This document shows, piece after piece, positions 58,708 to 64,000 of a DNA stretch of 64,000 bases; within the stretch, counting starts at the first letter, position 1; every line of letters starts with the position of its first letter. Where the stretch lies: NCBI GenBank assembly GCA_963745835.1, contig CAVUZH010000025.1:32001-96000 (forward strand). The letters run 5' to 3'. Source of the DNA: an uncultured delta proteobacterium (GTDB lineage Bacteria > Desulfobacterota > Binatia > UBA9968). Under the pieces are notes generated by a model. It saw only the letters and a program-made list of their open reading frames with translations. It did no database searches and had not been told where the DNA came from. A program made the translations under genes and the position numbers.

Positions 58708-60036
58708 ATGAAACCCGTTTTTTCATTACGGCAGGATGCCCGAGAAATATTCAATGCGGCGCTAACGGCGGCAGACGCGGCCAAAGCTGTTTCACGTCAT
58801 CTCAAAGTCGCTGGCGAGGCTATCGATATCGCCGGTCGGCTTTATTCCTTGCGCAGTTATAAACGGCTTTTCGTCATCGGGGCGGGGAAAGGCTCCGCTC
58901 TGATGTGTTGCGCTCTCGTAGAATTGATTGGAGATTGGCTTTACGGCGGAACTATCATAGCAAAATATGGCTATGCGGTTGCGATGAAGAAAATCACGAT
59001 CATCGAAGCCGGCCACCCGATTCCAGACGAGAATGGACTGCGAGCCACAGAACAGATAGTCCGCTTGTTGCGGCAGACCACGAGCGAAGATTTAGTAATA
59101 AATCTAATCTCCGGTGGCGGCTCGGCGTTGTTATGCAGTCCAGCGGATGGTATCTCTTTTCACGAGAAACAGGAGATCACACGACGCCTGTTAAGCTGCG
59201 GCGCGCCGATCGGCGAAATCAACGCGATCAGAAAGCACATTTCAAAAGTTAAAGGCGGCCGGCTCGCCAGACTTGCTTATCCATCGACGCTGATCTCGTT
59301 GATCTTGTCAGACGTGGTCGGAGATTCGATCTCAGCCATCGCTTCGGGTCCCACAGCGCCGGATCCGAGCACGTTCTCTGAGTGCCAGGTCATTCTTGAT
59401 CGCTATAAGCTCCGGACAGAAAAAGCTGTCTCGATCGCTAGATTGATCGACAAGGGCAGCGCGGGAGAGATCGAAGAAACTCCAAAGCCTGGCGATTCTA
59501 TATTCGATAACGTTATGAATGTGGTGGTCGGCAGTAATCGTCTTGCGGTGATCGCCGCGAAAGAGCAGGCCGAACGCTTAGGATATAGTGTCAAAGTGAT
59601 CGATAAGCTAGCTGAAGGTGAGGCGACTGAACTAGCCGTGGCTCATGCCGCAGTCGTCAAAAAAATTTATCATTCGGGGACGGTTCGGCGACCCGCTTGC
59701 GTCATCTCGGGGGGCGAGGCAACGGTAACGCTCCGTGGCGATGGGTTGGGCGGACGCAATCAAGAATTCGCGCTTGCAACCGCGCTGGAGATTGATGGTT
59801 TGGATCGCGTCGTCGCACTGATAGGTGGAACCGACGGCAGCGACGGCCCCACCGAGGCGGCAGGTGGGATCGTCGATGGCGGCACTGTTCGCAGGGGTGA
59901 AACTAAGGGTCTCGATGCGCGGGACTACCTCAGCAGAAACGACTCCTACCATTACCTGAAGGCAACGGATGATCTGCTAGTGACCGGACCGACCTTTACC
60001 AATGTGATGGATCTCCGCCTTTTTATCATTGATTAG
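58708..60036 (+). CDS. Glycerate 2-kinase (TtuD/GckA, MOFRL family)
   Basis: AGHPIPD, ISGGGSAL, SKVKGGRLA, GGRNQE, TDGSDG, TNVMDL. Confidence 0.92.
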   Translation: MKPVFSLRQDAREIFNAALTAADAAKAVSRHLKVAGEAIDIAGRLYSLRSYKRLFVIGAGKGSALMCCALVELIGDWLYGGTIIAKYGYAVAMKKITIIEAGHPIPDENGLRATEQIVRLLRQTTSEDLVINLISGGGSALLCSPADGISFHEKQEITRRLLSCGAPIGEINAIRKHISKVKGGRLARLAYPSTLISLILSDVVGDSISAIASGPTAPDPSTFSECQVILDRYKLRTEKAVSIARLIDKGSAGEIEETPKPGDSIFDNVMNVVVGSNRLAVIAAKEQAERLGYSVKVIDKLAEGEATELAVAHAAVVKKIYHSGTVRRPACVISGGEATVTLRGDGLGGRNQEFALATALEIDGLDRVVALIGGTDGSDGPTEAAGGIVDGGTVRRGETKGLDARDYLSRNDSYHYLKATDDLLVTGPTFTNVMDLRLFIID

Positions 60037-60247
60037 CGAGTTGAACTAGGCGAAAGTCATGCGATTCATCGTTTGAGCGCTGTTTCACCACGCAAAATTG
60101 GGACTTGGCGACGTGACTCTTAAGAGCATCCGAAGCGGACGATTTGGCAAAACGGGTTGATTTCGAATCTGTTCATGATTAAAGTGCCCGTTTCCTGGTA
60201 ATCCGGTTTACGGATCAGGACCGCGACTCAAAAATAATTGCCGGGAG

Positions 60248-60469
60248 TTGAAAATGATTGATGTGAGTTTGCGCGGAGTCAGATGCCGGGCGGCGCAAGA
60301 AATTCTTGATACCGACGGCACGGTCGATATCGCCACCGAGGGAACAATTGTCTATGAACTCGAGGGTGAAGGCGGGCAGCTTGTGAGTGTCCAATGGGAC
60401 ACCGGAACAACTTGCTTAGTTTCTTCCGAGGAGATCGAAATAACCGACAGCAGCGTAAGCTGGCAGTAA
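60248..60469 (+). CDS. Small acidic hypothetical protein (possible SH3-like fold)
   Basis: Fills the intergenic gap; GTIV...V.V.WD.G pattern. Confidence 0.5.
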   Translation: MKMIDVSLRGVRCRAAQEILDTDGTVDIATEGTIVYELEGEGGQLVSVQWDTGTTCLVSSEEIEITDSSVSWQ

Positions 60470-60500
60470 TCACATTGGTGGCAAGTTGGAGCGGCATGCG

Positions 60501-62966
60501 TCAAGTGCCGCTTAGATTGCGACGGAACTCTATTGACGCCGAACTCGGTAGTTTGATAGCCAGCTTTCGCGCTAAATCTTCAAAAATAATCAGCCATTCT
60601 TCTGCTGTTTGCTCACCTTCGATGTGACGCTTTTGCATCTGGAGATAAAGCGATTGCATCAAGACATAAAAAATGTTCTGCACTCGCCATAAATCGACAG
60701 GAAAAGGCAGCTTGACGAGTAACCCAGTTGCCTCCCGGAGTTCCCGCAGGACAGATACCGTCGGTGTTCGCGCTAGGCAATTGGTCAACCGTTCCAAATT
60801 CTGGCGATAGGCGAACTCCAAAGTAGGCGCATCGAGCGTTACTCCAGCGATTTTCGCGGATTCCAATAAAGCAGTGACACGTTCGGAATTGATCTCTCGC
60901 TTTTGAAGTGCCCGGCGCAAATCGCCATTGAGTACCAGTTCTGCTGCCGCTGTAAAGGCCCTCGGTAGCGGAATATGCAGATCCGTCAGGTAGCGCATAA
61001 CCGGCCCACGTTGCTCGTAAATTTGCCGGTATAACGTCTCGGTTTGGCCCAAGGCCGAAGCTAAAATGCTTTCAATTACGGTTCTCTGTTCTTCCCGAAA
61101 AAGCGATCGCAGAGAGTAATTGGACTCACCGAAGCAACGATCCATGATTCGAATCACTTCGGCGAAATCAGCGCGAGTGAATGAAGCGACCGATTCACCG
61201 ACGAGGCTTTGGTAGAGTCTATCCGGCATGAACTCCTGAACTCCACCATTTACGTTGTGGTCGCCCATGTGCAGCACTCCAAAGCTCAGTATCGATGATT
61301 CTAGAGTGATTTCGCTGGTTAGCTTTACACGGCCGACGGCTAGTCTGGCTGTGCCGGCGTTGAAGACTTGATAATCGTCGCGTTCTGCCCGAAAGCAGTA
61401 GATTGAAGTTTTGTCCGGATAGCTTTCAAACAGTGAGCGTACCGCGTAATGCGCGCCGATTCGCTCCCAGTTGATCATTGCCGTGCGCACGAGCTGGTAA
61501 TAAATGTCCCTTCCCCCGCCGCGCTCCGATTGATTGGTTCTTGCAACAGATAGTTTCTCAACAAACTGAGACTCCGGTGATTCGCCGAACAACTCCTGGC
61601 TCAATTGAACAACCCGCGCGGCATACTGAATGATTTGCACGGTTTCTATCCCCAACAGATCATCGAAGAACCAACCACAGCTGGTATACATCAGCATGGC
61701 ATGCCGCTGAAGCTCAAGCAGCTTGAGTGCGGTTACTCTGGAGCTGGCGTCGAGCGGACCAATCGCATGACGTGAAAAGAAGCGTTCGACGATTTCGGCC
61801 GCTCGGTTGTGAACGACATCTATATAATCGTCGCGGGCTGCCCAAGGATCCTTTAAAAACTTGCCGGCTTGTGTGTCGAAAGATTCTGAAAGCGAATCGC
61901 GCAACCAATCCAACGCGTTGCGCAGTGGTGTTCGCCACTCCTGATTCCAGTTCGGATGCGCGCCCGTATTGCAGCCGCAGTTGCTCCACCATCGATCGAT
62001 GCCATGGAAACAACTCCAGGAGCTTTTTTCGATGATTTCAACTTGTTGGGTTGGCGGGTGCCGCTCCAGGTATTCGCCATAGTTGGTCAGCCGCGCCAAC
62101 TTCTTGGCTTCGATTTGGTTCAGGGCATAAGCCAAGGCCATGTCACCGAAACGATGATGATGCCCATAGCTCTCGCCGTCGGTTGCGATATGTACCAGTT
62201 GCGGCCAACGCCGTTGATCCGAAAATGCGCCGACGAGTCTGTCCGCGAAATGATCGCCGCGCGTCAGTAAACCTTCAAAAGCTACGGCCCGCGCAATCGG
62301 TCCGTCATAAAAAAATAGTCCAATGCTTTTACCGGAAGCTAGCTGTTGTAGGTAGGGCCGAGTCGGATCAATTTTTGCTCCAGTCACATCTTGCCATAGC
62401 CGCGCGCCGGCGCGCAGCACTCGCGACGCCTGGTGCGGCGCAAGGATCGTAAAGCGAATCCCTTCTTCCGCCAAAATCTGCAGTGTTTCCAAATCCACGG
62501 CCGTTTCCGGTAACCAAATCCCTTCGGGCCTGCGCTTGAAACGGCGTTCAAAATCACCGATCCCCCATAGAACTTGTGTCCGTCGATCTCGCCGACTGGC
62601 GAGCGGCAATATGATGTGGTTGTAAGGTTGAGCGATCGCTGAGCCATGGCCGGCAAACTTGTGCATGCTCAGACGATCCGCGGATAAGATTGCTTCGTAA
62701 ACTTCCGGTTCGTTGTTCTCTAGCCACTGAAGCAAAGTCGGGCCGAAATTGAAACTCATTCTAGAGTAGTTGTTGACTAGCTGAACGATTCGACCCTGAT
62801 CGTCCAGGATCCGCGCTACGGAATTCGGCGCATAACATTCAGCGGTGATGCGCTGATTCCAATCGTGGTAGGGATAGGCGGAATCCTGTAGCTCGACTGT
62901 TTCCAACCAGGCATTTTCTCGCGGCGGCTGATAAAAGTGTCCGTGAATGCAAACGTAACGTTCCAT
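60501..62966 (-). CDS. GH57 / DUF3536 glycoside hydrolase
   Basis: HGHFYQPPREN, SFNFGPTL, WLPETAVD, ATDGESYGHH, MYTSCGWFFDD. Confidence 0.93.
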   Translation of the reverse strand: MERYVCIHGHFYQPPRENAWLETVELQDSAYPYHDWNQRITAECYAPNSVARILDDQGRIVQLVNNYSRMSFNFGPTLLQWLENNEPEVYEAILSADRLSMHKFAGHGSAIAQPYNHIILPLASRRDRRTQVLWGIGDFERRFKRRPEGIWLPETAVDLETLQILAEEGIRFTILAPHQASRVLRAGARLWQDVTGAKIDPTRPYLQQLASGKSIGLFFYDGPIARAVAFEGLLTRGDHFADRLVGAFSDQRRWPQLVHIATDGESYGHHHRFGDMALAYALNQIEAKKLARLTNYGEYLERHPPTQQVEIIEKSSWSCFHGIDRWWSNCGCNTGAHPNWNQEWRTPLRNALDWLRDSLSESFDTQAGKFLKDPWAARDDYIDVVHNRAAEIVERFFSRHAIGPLDASSRVTALKLLELQRHAMLMYTSCGWFFDDLLGIETVQIIQYAARVVQLSQELFGESPESQFVEKLSVARTNQSERGGGRDIYYQLVRTAMINWERIGAHYAVRSLFESYPDKTSIYCFRAERDDYQVFNAGTARLAVGRVKLTSEITLESSILSFGVLHMGDHNVNGGVQEFMPDRLYQSLVGESVASFTRADFAEVIRIMDRCFGESNYSLRSLFREEQRTVIESILASALGQTETLYRQIYEQRGPVMRYLTDLHIPLPRAFTAAAELVLNGDLRRALQKREINSERVTALLESAKIAGVTLDAPTLEFAYRQNLERLTNCLARTPTVSVLRELREATGLLVKLPFPVDLWRVQNIFYVLMQSLYLQMQKRHIEGEQTAEEWLIIFEDLARKLAIKLPSSASIEFRRNLSGT

Positions 62967-63087
62967 CTAGTTGATCCGATTTAAATGATAAATGCGGGAT
63001 GACATGGTCGAGAAGAGTGAGCCAGGTGAAAGTAACGTTCTAATAGGAGAAACTGGGCAAGAGCGTTCCGACCGAGCGACGCTGCCA

Positions 63088-64000
63088 TCAAGGGTTGGTC
63101 ATGATCCAGCTGGTCTTGCGTTCACCTCGAGCCACCACGACAATACCGGTTTCCGAGACGAAATAATGCTCCTTATCATGGGCGGCATCGTAGCCAATCT
63201 GCGTTCCCGAGGGGATGACATTGGACTTGTCGATGATAGCATTGCGAATTTTGCAGTTACGACCAATCTCCACCCAATCCATAATCACTGAATTTTCGAT
63301 TTCGCTATAGCTGTGAATCCTAACATTTCTACCAACGACACAATTTCGTACCAAGCTTCCACTCACTATGGTTCCTTCCGACACAATGGAGTTGAGCGCC
63401 ATGCCTTTGCGATCGTACCAATCAAACACAAATTTGGCCGGCGGATCGCCGGACCCCACCGTGCGCAACGGCCAACTCCGATTGTAAAGATTGAATGATG
63501 GGTCGACCGAGCATAAATCCATATTAGCTTCGTAGTACGCTTCGATGGTTCCGAGATCACGCCAATAACTGGCTTCCTCTCCCTTGAAGGGGACCGGTAC
63601 ACGATTCCTGCGAAAATCATAGGCGAAAACCTTTTGATCCCGAATGAGATCCGGAAGCAGATTTCTCCCAAAGTCGTGAACGCTGCGGTTGTTTTTGGCG
63701 TCGGCGACGAGAGCGGGAACCAGCACGTCGGTATTGAACAGATAATTGCCCATCGAGACCAGCGCATAATCCGGCTCGCCTGGGATAGATTTTGGCCGGA
63801 TCGGCTTTTCATCAAAGCCGACGATGCGCCAATCCGCGTCCACTTCAATGACACCAAACGCGCTGGCCTCGTTGATTTTCACCGGTAGCGCGGCAACTGT
63901 AGTCGCGGCATTCCTCCGCTGGTGCTCGTCGATCATCTGCCGGATGTTCATTCGATAGATGTGATCGGCGCCGAAAATTGCCACTACCCTCGGGTTGTGC
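63088..64000 (-). CDS. glgC: Glucose-1-phosphate adenylyltransferase (5' end outside the window)
   Basis: GADHIYRM, FDEKP, SMGNY, HDFG, YWRDLGT, left-handed beta-helix. Confidence 0.95.
   Translation of the reverse strand, partial: HNPRVVAIFGADHIYRMNIRQMIDEHQRRNAATTVAALPVKINEASAFGVIEVDADWRIVGFDEKPIRPKSIPGEPDYALVSMGNYLFNTDVLVPALVADAKNNRSVHDFGRNLLPDLIRDQKVFAYDFRRNRVPVPFKGEEASYWRDLGTIEAYYEANMDLCSVDPSFNLYNRSWPLRTVGSGDPPAKFVFDWYDRKGMALNSIVSEGTIVSGSLVRNCVVGRNVRIHSYSEIENSVIMDWVEIGRNCKIRNAIIDKSNVIPSGTQIGYDAAHDKEHYFVSETGIVVVARGERKTSWIMTNP

Noticed and set aside
1-64000. CRISPR arrays, rRNA, tRNA, prophage or defence genes
   Set aside because: I saw no repeat-spacer periodicity and no recognisable motifs; the 9-nt repeats have no spacers.

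Overview
Bacterial chromosomal window of moderately high GC. Gene content and intergenic repeats suggest a soil Candidatus Binatia / deltaproteobacterial-type metagenome-assembled genome (inference). 1-33 kb is a scavenging and aromatic-catabolism region: TAXI-TRAP and TTT transporters, a MetE-like enzyme, a heme-oxygenase-like diiron enzyme, benzoate-CoA ligase with a Liv-type ABC importer, two dienelactone hydrolases, an LLM oxidoreductase, three amidohydrolases including a LigY-like one next to a Rieske oxygenase, and several stand-alone substrate-binding proteins. 33-43.5 kb is a variable island with many frameshifts: an IS110 'ghost', a GNAT, a vanadium haloperoxidase-like gene, an IS256, and an SBP plus sensor kinase. 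43.4-64 kb is intact core-like content: sigma-54 regulator, JAMM protease, SLT, a phthaloyl-CoA decarboxylase-like UbiD, a membrane spermidine-synthase/TPR fusion, proC, YdbH/YdbL-like genes, a polyproline OmpA, glycerate kinase, GH57 and glgC. The most striking signal is the ~830-nt purine tract at 33.3-34.1 kb. It is not random low complexity: it is a full-length IS110 recombinase gene in which nearly every coding-strand G, and many A's, read as T. It sits inside a REP-like element and keeps part of its bridge RNA. A polishing or basecalling artefact is the more likely explanation, and raw reads would decide it. Family assignments come from motif recognition and recall; no database searches were run.
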